Assembly: GCA_024679065.1 (NCBI GenBank) | Contig: JAGIQG010000016.1 | Coordinates: 12,152,001 to 12,216,000 of the forward strand | Origin: Sphyrna mokarran | Taxonomy: Eukaryota | Reading direction: 5' to 3' | Length of the DNA stretch: 64,000 nt | Shown here: piece after piece, positions 1 through 13,260 of the stretch | Numbering within the stretch: the stretch's first letter is position 1 | Layout of the letters: every line of letters begins with the position of its first letter | Notes under the pieces: generated by a model | The model's input: only the letters and a program-made list of their open reading frames with translations | The model's database searches: none | Told to the model about the DNA's origin: nothing | Translations under genes and position numbers: made by a program

Positions 1-1229
1 TATTTGTACTCAAGGAATTATACAATTAGCACGGTGAAGTTAAACTTGATTCGATCAATAGTATTCATGTTCGCTATTCCTTCTTATCTATTCCCTTGAA
101 GTCAATATTCTCCAGGTTTCTATCGAATCTAATGTTGCAATTACACACAACCAACACAAAAGCAGCGACACGTGTCAATGTTACGTACATTTCCCATTTT
201 TTCCTAGAGTTAAAAAGAGAAATTTCTGCTCTCTGCCGTGTAAGATTAGCTAATGAGCGTATCATATAGTTGACATTGCGCATATGCACGATACTTAATG
301 CAATTTTACCAATCAGTAATTCCGTGAGCACTATCACTGTGCCTCAGTCAAGAAGCTTAATGTATGTTGCGAGGCGGACAGTTCGATAAACGCTTGTACA
401 CATGTGAACAAATTGAGACAAAACACTCACTCAACAAACAAATACATGCGTGCATGCAGATACAAGTATGCAGTCACACAGAATAACGATCGAACAGATA
501 CAGATTATTTCCATGTAATTTTCTCTCTAACACATCAAGCTTTTTCTCTGTGATTTTCATAATTTATGTTAATATTGCTAATGTCATTCCACACCTTGCC
601 TCTTGGATTCACTGAAATTATAACCATGCGCAAACATGCTATCATCATAAGAACTATTTAAAAAAAAAACAAGATTTTTTTTTGTTTTTTTTAACGAAGG
701 ACTTATTGAGTGCATAAATTAAGATAATTAATTCATAGCATGCTCTTTTTAATTCAATATGTCGTGGAGATGTGTGTGATTTGTTTCCTTTCATGAGACA
801 GCCAGGTATAAAAATGCATTTTTTTTTCTGTCGATTTCTGGACATGGAGCCTGGTTGCTTTTCGCAGGAATCAGCGTCCAGGCATTTCTGCATGTGGTAG
901 CTTATTAACGTTTACATCTTACACATTAAGCGTAATCAACATATTTTCAAATCCTTGCAATCAAGGTTATTAATTTCATAGATTTCGGGTCGAGTATGAA
1001 TGCAAAAAACATTAACTTGTGGTTTTAATCATTGGAATTAATCCTCTTTATTTTGCATACCGTCTTTTAGTTCGTTTATTGTATCTTCTGTGAAAGACAG
1101 GAAAAAAATGATAAACATATTTCATGAACAACTTCTGATCTCAAAATAACATGAATGATTAAAATGTAACTCCGAATCAGAATAAAAGCAAACAAGAGTG
1201 TTGCAAGAGAAATACTAGGCCCACTCGAT

Positions 1230-3160
1230 AAAAATGTTTGTAAGTTTGCGCGGAATCACCAAAATTACGTGAAATCTTTAATGAGTGCTTGTATCAGTAT
1301 TTAACAAGGAGAAGGAAATGACGGATGTTGAGGTCGGTGTTAAGTGTCTGAATGTAGTGTTGAGTTTCAAAATATCAAAGGAGGAAGTGATGAGTATCCT
1401 AAATTGCATTTATATCGACATCGTGAGCGTTGGGAGTCCCTGGGAAGTGTGTAAATAGATGATGATATTGATGTGCTTGCTTTTATCCTACAGGTGCTTT
1501 GGTCCAGCTTGATGTCTATCGAAGGGTATACACGCGATGGGTCGTGAGAGGGCTGTTCTTGGATTTTTTTTTCGAGAGTATCCGAGTGCTTCAGGTCGTT
1601 AGTGTACGCTTGACCTCGACCATTTGATGGGCAACACGACAGCTCATTGACTATCGCTGTGCTGTGCACATACATGGATTTGGGCCTGTGCCTGTGGGAG
1701 TTTGCACATTCTCCCCGTGCTTGCGTGTTTTTTTTCCGGGCGCTCCGGTTTCCTCCCACATCCCAAAGTTGTGCTCTTAGGCTAATTGGCAAAACAAATT
1801 CTCCTTAAATTGTCTCAAATTTGGTTTTTAATCCATAGATAAAAAACATGGACAGGAATCGCGGGTCGAGGTGGGAACATCGGGGTGGCGGCGCGGGCTT
1901 GTTGGACCGAAGGGCCTGTTTCCCGTGCTGTTGTGTTCTTTGTTCTTTGTTATACGTACTTGGCTTCAGGTGGTATCAGTGTCAGGCTGCCTCGTAAGGC
2001 AAAGGTAGAAACATCTGAAGAAGTAATAGATTCCTCACGTTCACTTTGAACGCACGGTGTTTCCAGCGGACAGAAGAATAGCTATTCTTGTTCGCTTGTT
2101 TAAGAAATAAACCAAGAATAATCCAATACAATTTATGGAGATGAGTCTGATATTATGCTGTGGGAACTTTTTGGAATATACTGTGAGAGGGTACATGCAC
2201 ATTTCGGTAATTAAAAAAAAATCATAGCGTTGTTCCTCAGTGATCAGTGCTGGAATTGTTGGTGTGAAAGGTCGAACTATTAAGTTCTGGGTTGATAAAC
2301 ACATCTTGGAGATGTTAGTTGCGCTGTGGATTGTCAGAGTAAGCAACAGTGCATAGCCACATTGCGGACTTGGCTGGAGGAAAGACTGATTGAAATTAAT
2401 CTGGGCTATAATTTAGTTCTGAATTATCCTGTAATTGACTCAACCCTCCGGAAAATTAATGTATGGATGAATTTGAGAGCGCAGATCCAGAGTTTCCTAA
2501 AAGTGGGAACGCAGATGACCAACGTGATTAAGACGACATGTGGAATCCTTGCCTTCATCAGCTGTTGCATTGAACACGGAAGTTGGGAAAATATAGTGCA
2601 ACAATACCAAAACTTGTTGTGGTCTCATTGTAGCATTGCATTCAGTCCTGGTCATCATCATACCAGAACAACGTGGAAACTTTGAAGAGAGTACAAATAA
2701 GGATCATCTGTATGTTATCAGCTTTCGACGTTTTCCTCATGAGGAGAGCTAACATAAACTGGGATTATTTTCACCGAGAACACGTAGACAGAGCTGAGCC
2801 CTGCAGATGGGAAATTAATTATGAGAATCATTGGTAGGCAGATATTCGGTAGCTTTTTTCAAGGGCGGCGGCGTCAGTTTGAAGGGGAAACAATTAAAGG
2901 TGAAAGGTAAAATTAGATTTTGGGGGGAATGTTTTACACGCAGAAAGTAGTGGATGTCTTGAACGCGCTGCAAGAAGATGTTTGTAGAAGCAGACAGGTT
3001 AGCTGCATTAAGCAAGCAACTGGATTATTTATAAATAGTGAGTAAATAGATGTATGGGGACAGAGTCAGACCAGTACTTTTTTTTTTTAGTTAGGACATG
3101 ATCTGCACAGCCTTACAGGGCGGAATAACCTGTTTCTGTGCTTTGCTCACATTCCTTTCG
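1230..3160 (+). mobile_element. Old CR1 LINE ORF2 relic with 3' tail, interrupted by a SINE at 1420-1951
   Basis: Degenerate 'LNEYF.SVF.KEK' and 'VFPADRRIAILVRLFKK' (VPEDWRIANVVPLFKK-like) motifs continue across the insertion. ORF 2326..2685 'FLKVGTQ...GILAFISCCIE' matches the CR1 RT C-terminus. CR1-like 3' tail near 3050-3150. Confidence 0.75.
1420..1951 (+). mobile_element. Composite HE1/V-type SINE with 5' extension, copy 1 (apparently full length)
   Basis: HE1 core 'GGAGTTTGCACATTCTCCCCGTG...GGGCGCTCCGGTTTCCTCCCACATCCCAAAG' and CR1 tail 'GGACCGAAGGGCCTGTTTCCCGTGCTG(TGTTCTT)n'. Closely similar to 34475-34959 and 50397-50916. Confidence 0.85.
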
Positions 3161-3179
3161 TTGTGCATTGTTTTGTTTG

Positions 3180-3450
3180 AGATAATTTTGCGTGTATGTT
3201 GCATCGCAATATTATTTTTCCCCTTGTTATAAGGTTGTCAACAATTTGTTGTTGGATCCTGAGCAAGAAATCTCACCCACTACCATTGTCCTTTGCCACT
3301 TTGTATACACTGCTTTTCAATTTAACGTCATCCTTGAAGTCCTTTATTAACCTTGGGTTTTGTCTCTTTCTGGTTGAAAAACTCCCTTTTTTGGGATCAA
3401 CATTGGTTTTCTATTTTGAACATCTGTCTGAATAATCCTGCTGGCCTGTA
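3180..3450 (-). mobile_element. Decayed CR1 ORF2 fragment (EN-RT linker)
   Basis: Minus-strand translation 'PRLIKDFKDDVKLKSSVYKVAKDNG...RIQQQIVDNLI' resembles the CR1 'PWLT.EVKDSIKLKEKAY.VAK' region. Confidence 0.5.
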
Positions 3451-3720
3451 TCATGGCTGGATCGCTCAGTGCACCCGAGTCTACTGTTTCCATGCAAATT
3501 TGGAAGTTTCCTAAATTAATTTGCACACATAATTCATGAAACAAAATGTTGACCGTCTGCACAAATGCTGCACAAATAGTTCTGCTGAGTTGTTGAGGAA
3601 CTTGATTCTAGATTATCAAGCAGCGTCATAGACAGATTCTTTGTTATTGCCACAGATGGGAATGAAAGTTTGTTCATATGAGTAAACAACTATTGCAATC
3701 ACCAATCACGTAATTATAAT

Positions 3721-3756
<36 letters not shown>

Positions 3757-3758
3757 AT
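3721..3758. repeat. (TA)n microsatellite
   Basis: Seen directly. Confidence 0.95.
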
Positions 3759-4419
3759 GTTCTTCATTTTAATTGATGGGTGTTAATATACAGTAAGTTT
3801 CCCATATTCACCACAACAAATTAACAAACATAGCTGAGACTATAGATATTCAACTACTCGAAACTGACAATAATCGTAAATTATACAGAAGATTCGAACA
3901 CAGGACACATGCTAAAACACTTAATGAAACGTTCAATGTAAAATTTAAATAACCGAGTCTCTGGGCACAAGACTGCGCTTGTCAAGTGGTCTTGGACTGA
4001 TACAACCGAGTGTCTTGGCAAAGTGTCTTTGGGAAAGGCATTCAGTCGACGACATTCTTACAGTATCGTAGCTGAGAGATAGTGAACCATGCCACGTGGT
4101 GCAACCCTGAAATTGAGTTCAGAAATTAAGATCGTTCATTCGCGTAGTTTTTCATAATTAGTCGAGGCAACAATCATGTTCTGGACTGATCTGTCACCAA
4201 GACAGTTAACACATTATAAGCCAGTTAGGAGGAATAACTTAGATATCCGCAGGATGCCGTTGCAATGAACTTCAACCCTGTGCCAGAACTCTTCGTAGGG
4301 TTCGTCACATTGACTCAGAACTTCTTGTCCACTCGAAGGCTTCCCACGTCTGAATTTAATATTTGTCTGGAATTATTTTTTTACGGCTTAAAATATTTTT
4401 TACGTCTTTAAACTAAAAA

Positions 4420-6240
4420 CAAAGTTTTGTGAAATACATAAACGTTTTCTCACATTACTTTCAAAGAATCAGTTGACCAAAAGAGAAATTTTCCACATAA
4501 TTAGTGGAGGTACTGGACCAAGTTAACTGGGCTAAACACAACCATGTGGTAGAAATGTCAATGAGGAGCGTATTGCTGATTGTGATGACAACTCAATAAC
4601 TGTTGATATTGGTCGCTATGTTATGTATTAATATCCTTAGCAGCATGGTGGAAATGCCAATGATTAAACACAAACTTCGAATGACAAGTTTGAGATATTG
4701 GATTAGTTGGAATTTCTCGTAGAAAAATATTGCAGGGCGTTTTGTTCCAGTGCAGTTACAAGTCAGCTCACGCAGTTGTGGATAGGTTTAGAAAAAAAAG
4801 TTCCAAAATGGGACAAGGTAGATTTTAAGTTGTTATGGCATTATATGGGTAAATAAGACAATGCACAGCCAAATCCAAGGAATTACACATGATAGCAGTT
4901 GGCATCTTTCAAAAAAAAAACAAATAAAGAGAGTAGTACGAAAACTTGCTTCTGTAACCGTAAAGAATGGCTAAAACATGTCTACAGAAGATTGAATTGC
5001 AAGGTTCAGAAAGGATTATTCCAGGGGAAAAATATGCTGTGATTCAAGGGGCTGAAAAACTAGAAGCAAGAAATGCATGTGGAAATTATTTAAAACAGTT
5101 GATTGAGGTGTGAGAATTAATCATGGTTGGGCGGCATAATAGAAAGGCTAACTGTATGTTATACACAAATTAAGGACTAAAGGATAATCCGTAAATGACA
5201 AAGAACTGTTGGTGAATAATGTCCCATATGCATGTGGAGAGGAAGGAGATAGTCAGGTTATTCAAGTTTCTGTTTTATTTATTTATGATTGCAGCTGTGT
5301 TTACTACGTGAAAGGTCAATATGGGTATATGAGTAACAGAAGGGAAGTGTCAATCAACTAAACTAATTAGCATTTGGATTGAGAACGTCATGTTAGCCTC
5401 ATGGGAAATAAACTTCGCTGAATCCCGAAGCCTAGATCAGATTTATCACATTAAAGAAGTGAGAAAATATTGTCGCTCTGCCAATAAATTTAAAGTCATA
5501 TCTGTCCGCAGGAGAGTTGCCTGGTGACTGTGGACAAATTATGTGACATCGTCATTCAAGAAAGCATCTGGTGATGCAGGCAATTGAATATGTTTGTTCG
5601 GTAAATTATTTGGATTTGTTTCAGATAATTACTCTCCACTGTGAGATTCGAGGAATGGTCAGGGGCAGGCATGGTGTTTCTATCAGGGAGTAGTCATATG
5701 TAACCAATTGTTTTGACCTTTTTAAGAAGATGCCTGAACTTTGCATATTACGACTGGGCACGTTTTATATTCCGCATGGAGTTTACCAGCACACTTTATA
5801 ATTTATGCATTTATTACTGGTCAAAATATTGAGAGATCTTTGTATCGAATTCATTTCGCAAAGATATTCGGAATGGGGTTCGTGGCAGAAGGCAAAAAAT
5901 GATCAATTTGTGTTTGTTTCTGTGACTCGAAGACCCTGTTCTGAGATATAATATAGGAATAGGCACTGACCTGCGTGTTTTTCTTTTTATTTTACGTTCA
6001 TGAACTTGACGGAAAAGCAAAAGGCTTCACTTGATTTGCACAGGTCGCGCGAATATTATTCGTTTCTTAGAAAGCGGGAAAGAACGTCATCTACAAAACT
6101 GTTGAGGGGCAGAGCCGCAATGAATAATATTTAAGCCTGAAAAATCTAAAAATGTAAGATGCAGGAACAGAAAAGACAATGTTATCGAAATTCAAAAGGA
6201 GAACTCCATAATGTAAAGGTTCCAGATTTTTCTAGGAGCG
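4420..6240 (+). mobile_element. Highly decayed CR1 ORF2 (EN to RT) relic
   Basis: Degenerate CR1 motifs, e.g. 'gcaggagagttgcctggtgactg...tcattcaagaaag' (GEVPEDW..NV..LFKK) at ~5510-5565 and an SDHN-like segment at ~4570-4600. Confidence 0.5.
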
Positions 6241-8299
6241 TGCCTCATTATAGCGTTATAGTGTTCTTCACGCACACTATACAATGATCTGTTCGCACTG
6301 CAGCAGATAAAACATAATATTCGCTGTTATATATCTTTAAACTAAACACTTTCCAACATTTCCATTTAAAGAGGCAAACAAATAGCAGCAATTCAGTTCG
6401 TTCTTCATTTAACACTTTCAGTGTCAACCTCAACATCAACAGTTGTAACTCATTAACTCTTTGCTGAAACTTAACTCTAACTGAGGATCAACTTTTAATA
6501 TTTAGGTGAAAATAGGTACTGACGAGTAGGAACATCTTGACCAAGGAATATCCTTCAAGTAGAATCTGTTTTCTCCTCCCTGAAGCATTCTTCATAGTTC
6601 AAGGTCTTGTTGCCGCAGTTGATGCCTTGAAGTTATCACTGCCAAACAAAGAACTTGCATGCCTTTTACCCACAGTTCTTCACTTGCTTCCGGAAGATTG
6701 TCGGTCATCCGTCTAATTTTGCAACCATAAATCACTCACATCTTTCGAACATCCAGTTAAATATTGAACGACTCCGTGATGCGTCGCTCATTTTACATGT
6801 CCCATACATAATATCCTTATAAATCAGACTCAAATGCCTCAGTTAATGTCAGCCGCTTCTGCAACCTGACCAACATAGGAGTTACACGTTACAGCTCACA
6901 GACCAGAATCTCTTTCCAAACTGCAACTGGTTTTAATCCACCAATTGACCAAAACTTCCAGCATGTTTCACTCTCAGTCAGTTTACAAATTAAAAACAAA
7001 GCTAGTGCCCAAATGGTTGTTAAATTGTTGTTGCAGCCATTTTTTATTTCCTTTTTCCACGCTGCCAGTTCTGGAGCGTTTCAGATATGAAGAGATTTTT
7101 ATTTTAGGCGGCGTTGCTTCCTTCGAGCAGATAGATTAAGTGGGAAGCTGAATGGTCCGAAGCTATCATGCCCTCGGGTAGGGTAAATATGAAGACACAT
7201 TTGGCCTTAATATAGGGGGTAATAAACGTGGTGCATACATTTAGGTAAAAGTAATAGAGAATAGAGTCCGGGTGCTGGAATATTGAGATGGAATATTTTA
7301 ATGCCTGGTCGCTGGCAAACATATGATAGACTGAATTACCTATTTGGTGCTGCAACGGGTTTTAAATCTATGATTTGATGATCTCCATTATTTTCAATAC
7401 AGGCTGCCTTCTGGCATATTTTTAACATATCATCAAGTGAGCCAATGATATCCACGAAGAAAATAATTCATTTCGCCAAGAATGACAATGGTTATAACAC
7501 CTGCTATGCACTGACGTGTTGGAATTATTTGTATTGCGGATGCTTACATTTGTAAAGTGTTATCCATTGTTTTGTTTTATGTCTGCATAATTGAGCAAAA
7601 GGACTATGGTTGATTCTGGCCTTGCATAAATGGGTCACGTTTGTTCCTTCCCTCCGTGACTCTTGAAGTTTCCCCAGTTTTTGGCTTTCCTTCTCAATCC
7701 AAAAGGTGCTAGGTAGATAGATCTATTGTGCCTTATTGCTACATTCTGTGTTGAACAGGTCACATTGCAAAGGAAAAAGGAAGTGTACAGGGGTATGGGA
7801 ATAGGCCAGAAAGTGGCACTGGACAATGTGTCCCTTCCTAGAATGGGTGCAGATGCTTCAAGTGTCGAACAATAGTTACCAGAAGTGTTTTCTCTTTCAA
7901 TGAACAGGGATTCTAATACTTACGTCTATATATGTCAAGTGTTCAAAATAAATTATAACTGACGAGTAGGATGCTGAGTTATGGAAAGACAATATTTAGC
8001 CTGTCCGCCACAGCCCTCCACTGCAAGTAACATTGTAAGAAATGTCAAAGCAAAACAATTGTTTCTTTATAATAATTTCCTCCTCTTCTGCATGTACAAC
8101 ATTAGATATAACGGTGTGGCTTGGATTTAACTCTGAGAATGTAATTACCACGAAAACGTTCACAATGGATGCAGCTCGTTATTAATATCATACTTAAGAT
8201 TATTTCTTATATTTGCCATTTCCGGAGGATAACATTTTTTTTTGTTTTCGTGCTCTAAGTATGCAGGACTCACAGATAACAAAAAAAGATATATAGTTT

Positions 8300-9100
8300 G
8301 CGTATGTACCGAAAGTAAAACTGCACATTCGAAATGCAATTAATGACAAAACTACGTTGAGGAGTTGTTTGCACACTGAAATCAGGATACTTACGTGAAT
8401 TCTTAAAGTTTGCTCGACACTGGGTTAATTCTGGATAGGTTAACAAACCAAAAACATTTGTTGAGAAATATTTTATGACATCCGCATTATATACTATCAC
8501 TTATTGGATCATTGTGACACAGAAGGAGGTATCCATTTTCGCTCCTTGTAGAAATCGACATATTCGAATTACATCTAAAGTGTTTCGCATTCATTTCGCC
8601 TATTTTGTTTCCATATCAATTTTGAAATTCTACGACATGCCGACTTTAATCAACCAATGGTATCTGCCATACAACCGCACTGTTTTTGCTGTTACATTCT
8701 TACGTTTTTGGAACAGATATTCAATAATAAGCCAGTGCTTTTGCCACCTTATGTTGTCTTCATACTGCAATACTCCCTAAAGCGCTGCACATCTACGCAT
8801 GCCACTTTGCTCCAAAATGTCCCAAGTCAGCGTCTGCAGTTGCCCTAATTCGCGACGTTTTGATATCAGCTCTTCTCTTGTTCCAATTTGAATTAACGCT
8901 CAGCTCCGTCACACAAAACAATTTCCTGAATCAACAATTTTTGAAACTCGTTGTGAACGTAGTTTCTTTTTCCCCATAATGCCAACTTCATGCTGTTTGT
9001 ATTCAATAGATCCTCGTACCATTATATCAACATATTTTCTCAATAGCATCTCATTTTTTTTTTCCTTTCCATGAAATGCTGTTCTTGGATTCTGAAGAAA
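8300..9100 (-). mobile_element. Highly decayed CR1 RT 3' region
   Basis: Minus strand 'gtagatgtgcagcgctttagggagtatt' resembles VDVQRDLGV. Downstream sequence parallels the CR1 3' end. Confidence 0.4.
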
Positions 9101-9339
9101 ATCTAACTTTTGAAAAATCCCTTACGATACATTAATTAACATTCACATTGACATGTGACGGTTGGTTACTACTGTGCTTAGAAAATCTCAAAGCATACCC
9201 ATCGTCGAAATTCTCGTGGCTGACCAGTCTGTGCTACAAACGTATTTCAGGACTTCCATGAATAAGGATTTTACTTTGCCTGCTCACCACTATTGAATGT
9301 CAAGTCACTTTACGAGAGAACGTGGAAAGACTGCAACAG

Positions 9340-11440
9340 GAGCATTTAATACAGCAGTTGGTAAATAATTTCATAGCAATGTTAAGACCAGTACTGCAGG
9401 CGGTTCTGGTTGCCACTTCCCCAGTAGGAAGTGAAAGTTTTGGGGATAGTGCAAAAAAAAATCAGCATTTTTTTTTTAACTGCTCTCGAGACTGTTGACT
9501 ATGAAGGGAGGTTGAATAACCAAGGAATCTTTGCATTGGACATCCAGAGGCTGAGGAATGTTTTCATGAAATTATCAGAGGCAGATGCAGGATGGATAGC
9601 CAGAGTCGTTTTCCCACGGTTGAATTTTCAATTAGAACATAGAACATCGAACATTACAGCGCAGTACAGGCCCTTCGGCCCTCGATGTTGCGCCGGCCAG
9701 TGGACCCTCTAACCTAAACTATTCCAATATCATCCATATGCCTATCCACCGAACATTTGAATGCCCCAAAGTAGGCGAGTCCACAACTGCTGCAGGCAGG
9801 GCATTCCACGCTCTCACCACCCTCTGTGTAAAGAACCTGCCTCTGACATCCGTCCTATAACTACCACCTCTTAAGTTAAAGTTATGTCCCCTCATGTTGG
9901 TCATCACCATCCAAGGAAAAAGGCTCTCACTATCCACCCTATCCAATCCCTTGATCATCTTATACGCCTCAATTAGGTCACCGCGTAACCTTCTTCTCTC
10001 TAATGAAAATAACCGCAGGTCCCTCAGCCTTTCCTCATAAGGCCTTCCCACCATACCAGGCAACATCCTGGTAAACCTCCTCTGCACCCTTTCCAACGCT
10101 TCCACATCTTTTCTTATAATGCGGCGACCAGAACTGTACGCAATACTCCAAGTGCGGCCGCACCAGAGTTTTGTACAGTTGTAACATAACCTCACGGCTC
10201 CTAAATTCAATCCCTCTCCCAATAAAAGCTAACACACCGTACGCCTTCTTAACAACTTTATCAACCTGGGTGCCAACTTTCAAAGTGCTATGTACTTGTA
10301 CCCCAAGATCCCTCTGCTCGACAACACTATTAAGGGTCCTTCCATTAGCCCTATATTTCATATGCCTGTTATTCCTACCAAAGTGAATCACCTCACACTT
10401 ATCCGTATTGAATTCATTTGCCACCTCACGGCCCAGCTCTGCAACCTATCTATGTCCCTCTGCAAACTGTAACATCCATCCTTGCTGTCTACAATTCCCC
10501 CCACTTTGGTATCGTCAGCAAATTTACTAATCCAACCCTCTACAACCTCATCTAGGTCATTTATAAAAATGACAAACAGCAGTGGCCCTAAAACAGATCC
10601 TTGAGGTACACCACTTGTAACTGCACTCCAGGTTGAATATTTCCCATCAACCACCACCCTCTGTCTTCTATCAGCTGGCCAATTCCTAATCCAAACTGCT
10701 AAATCACCTTCAATCCCATGCATCTGCACTTTCTTCAGTAGCCTACCATGGGGAACCTTATCAAACGCTTTGCTAAAATCCATATACACTACATCAACTG
10801 CCTTACCTTATCTACCTCTTTGGTCACCTCCTCAAAAAACTCAATAAGGTTTGTGAGGCACGACCTACCCTTCACAAAACCGTGCTGACTATCCCTAATC
10901 AATTTATTCCTCTCTAGATGCTTATAAGTCCTATCCCTTATAGTTCTTTTCAAGACCTTGCCCACAACAGAAGTCAGGCTCACTAGTCTATAATTTCCAG
11001 GATGGTCCGTACTCCCCTTTTTGAACGAAGGGACAACATTTGCCATCTTCCAGTCTTCCGGCACCATACCTGTAGCTAACGAAGATTAAAGCCAAAGGCT
11101 CTGCAATCTCATCTCTAGCCTCCCAGAGAATCCTAGGGTAAATCCCATCTGGCCCAGGGGACTTCAAATTGAGCGTGAAAATTTAAGTGAAATATGCGGA
11201 GGAATATTTTCATGCCAATTTTTCATCTTTGTAACGCACTGCCAGAGAGGATGGTGGGAACAAACACATCAGCAACATTTAAGTGTCAGCTATGTGGATA
11301 CATGTGTGGAGATGGAATGTAGGGATATGGAGAGAGTGAGGGCAGAATGATTTTTTTTTAATTAATTCATTAATAAGGTCATCATGATTGACACAGGCTT
11401 GATGGGTCAAAGAATATTTTCTTGCTCTTCACCTTGCTTT
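9340..11440 (+). mobile_element. Older CR1 3' fragment acting as host for the younger antisense CR1
   Basis: CR1 3' ORF2 sequence at 9340-9632 resumes at ~11165 ('acttcaaattgagcgtg', FKL-like) and ends in a tail at ~11400-11440. Confidence 0.6.
9633..11164 (-). mobile_element. Relatively young 5'-truncated CR1 (HER1-type) LINE with frameshifted RT
   Basis: ORF pieces: [82 protein letters not shown]. Tail reads (AGAACAT)n on + at 9633-9655. Confidence 0.95.
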
Positions 11441-12106
11441 ACTCGTTATTGTATTGTTTATTTTTAAATAATGTTGGAATTGTAATTTTTTTTTTACGCT
11501 CAGCATGATGGCCTGTCAGTCTAGCAATTTGCTTGGCATATTTTTATTCTGATTATTGTTTGTTAGTTTTTTTTTCGGTTACTATCCTTTCATTTATTTC
11601 TCCATCCAATTATCTATTCGTCTACATGAGGTTGATATTCTTCTAATAGTCATACATTCTTTTAAGTTCAGCTTGCTCTGTGCGATATTCCTTCATTCAA
11701 ATCCGTAATCAGACATACCAGCACTTGTGACTTGCACATTGTTACGTTTCTACGAATTAGCAACTCCGCAACTGTACATAGACACAAAGTCAGACAATCA
11801 TGCATACATGTACACACACATTACACATGTGCTGACGCACATTTATCGTTTCCGTCCTTCTGTTCAACAACATCATAATATTTCCGCCTGTTCACAAGCA
11901 ATTCGATCACAATATGTAAACAGTAGTTGTGCAAAGAAAACTGCAAAGTCACTGAGCAAATGTTCGGAAACATTATCACAAAAGAAACATGACTTGTTTT
12001 TGTGCATTCTATGGGAAATATAGAAGAAATCATGTTCCAACACTTTTTATCAATACTATTTTTAGCCTACTTTTTTCCCTCATTTTCCTTTGCCCAGTTT
12101 CTTGTT

Positions 12107-12160
12107 GTGCGTGTGTGTGTATGTGTGTGTGTGTGCGTGTTTGTATTTCTGTGTGTGTCC
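12107..12160. repeat. Imperfect (TG)n microsatellite
   Basis: Seen directly. Confidence 0.85.
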
Positions 12161-12699
12161 GTTTGTCTTGCGTCTGTTTCTGATCGTTCAATTAGAAGTA
12201 ATGTATGAAGCAATCAATTTTAATCTATTGCTGTGCGAGTAGGATTTATTAATGTAACTTCTTTCATTATGTAAAATCGACATATTCTCTACGTTTTGAA
12301 AGATGATTATTTATTTGACAAAGACTTATTTCCTATGATGAACAAAAATAAATCATACAACTACATTTTCTAATCGTTAGAACGATTAAAAAAAAAATCT
12401 ATTCAATACCTTTTCTTAGTTCGTTTATCCTGTCATCTGTTCCAGACAAAAAAAAATCATGTACAGATACAAATTATGAACAATTGATGTCATAAAGTTG
12501 CAAGTTAAAAACACCGAAATGTGTACCCTAAAGTGAAAATTACTATTATTGTAACTTGTAAAGAATAGTGTTATATACTTGTCAGTTATGCTAAATATCA
12601 AGATCCGTGAAAGCCAATGTAAATACATATGTGAAATTAATGTAAAATGTGTACAGTGTTCACTGAGAATTCTAGAATACATTGAAACATATTTCCCTT

Positions 12700-13260
12700 A
12701 TGAAGAAGGAAATTATACGTTCACCTTGATAGGAAACAATTTGAATTTACTCACTCACGATTCCAACATTTAAATCATCAATTGTGACGCAGATTGAAAA
12801 TAATCAGATCAAGTTGTCCTATCAAATTCCACATCTTGTCTTCAGGCCATTCACAGTTTGATGCAAATTGCCGTTATTTATTGTTGTTTTTTCTTCTGGC
12901 AAGGAGATATTTCGTGTCTGCTATGGGTTGGGGAAGACGATTTGTTGAGTTTCTGCAATTAATATTACACATTTTCGCCTGTGTCCTTCACTAATGTGCG
13001 GAGGCAATGGATCTCCGAGCCTTTTATAGTTGTCTATTTCAAGCAGCGTGCATTATCCTCGGTAATGCCATTCTGCTTGAGAGATATCAAAGTACAGTCA
13101 TCCAGGAAAGTCAACACATTCCGTGACAATGACATGTCTGAATAAATGATTGAACTGGAACATTCGAACAACAAACTGAGTTTGCATGGTGTGCTTTGTA
13201 CGGTGTGTTTTGCCTGAATTAGTGCAATAACTTGTGAGAAGTATTCGTCAGAATTCCCAA
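12700..13260 (-). mobile_element. Decayed LINE 3' region of a second CR1/L2-clade family
   Basis: Similar in antisense to the LINE at 33900-34474 and to 24450-25260 (e.g. 'aagcagcgtgcattatcctcgg...tcatccaggaaag'). Confidence 0.4.

Noticed and set aside
1367-1792. Recurrent 'MPISLRAHLWDVGGNRS' ORF family (also 34634, 50545, 51115)
   Set aside because: Antisense reading of the SINE core. Mostly non-ATG starts and variable stops.
3950-4350. Two minus-strand exon-like frames ('EVLSQCDEPYEEFWHRVEVHC', 'GCTTWHGSL...') that could join to candidates at ~6250-6640
   Set aside because: Weak or non-canonical donors and no recognisable domain. The plus strand loosely resembles decayed LINE 3' ends.
8397-8575. 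Minus-strand segment ending in a perfect GTAAGT donor
   Set aside because: In-frame stops, and it lies within a decayed CR1 3' region.
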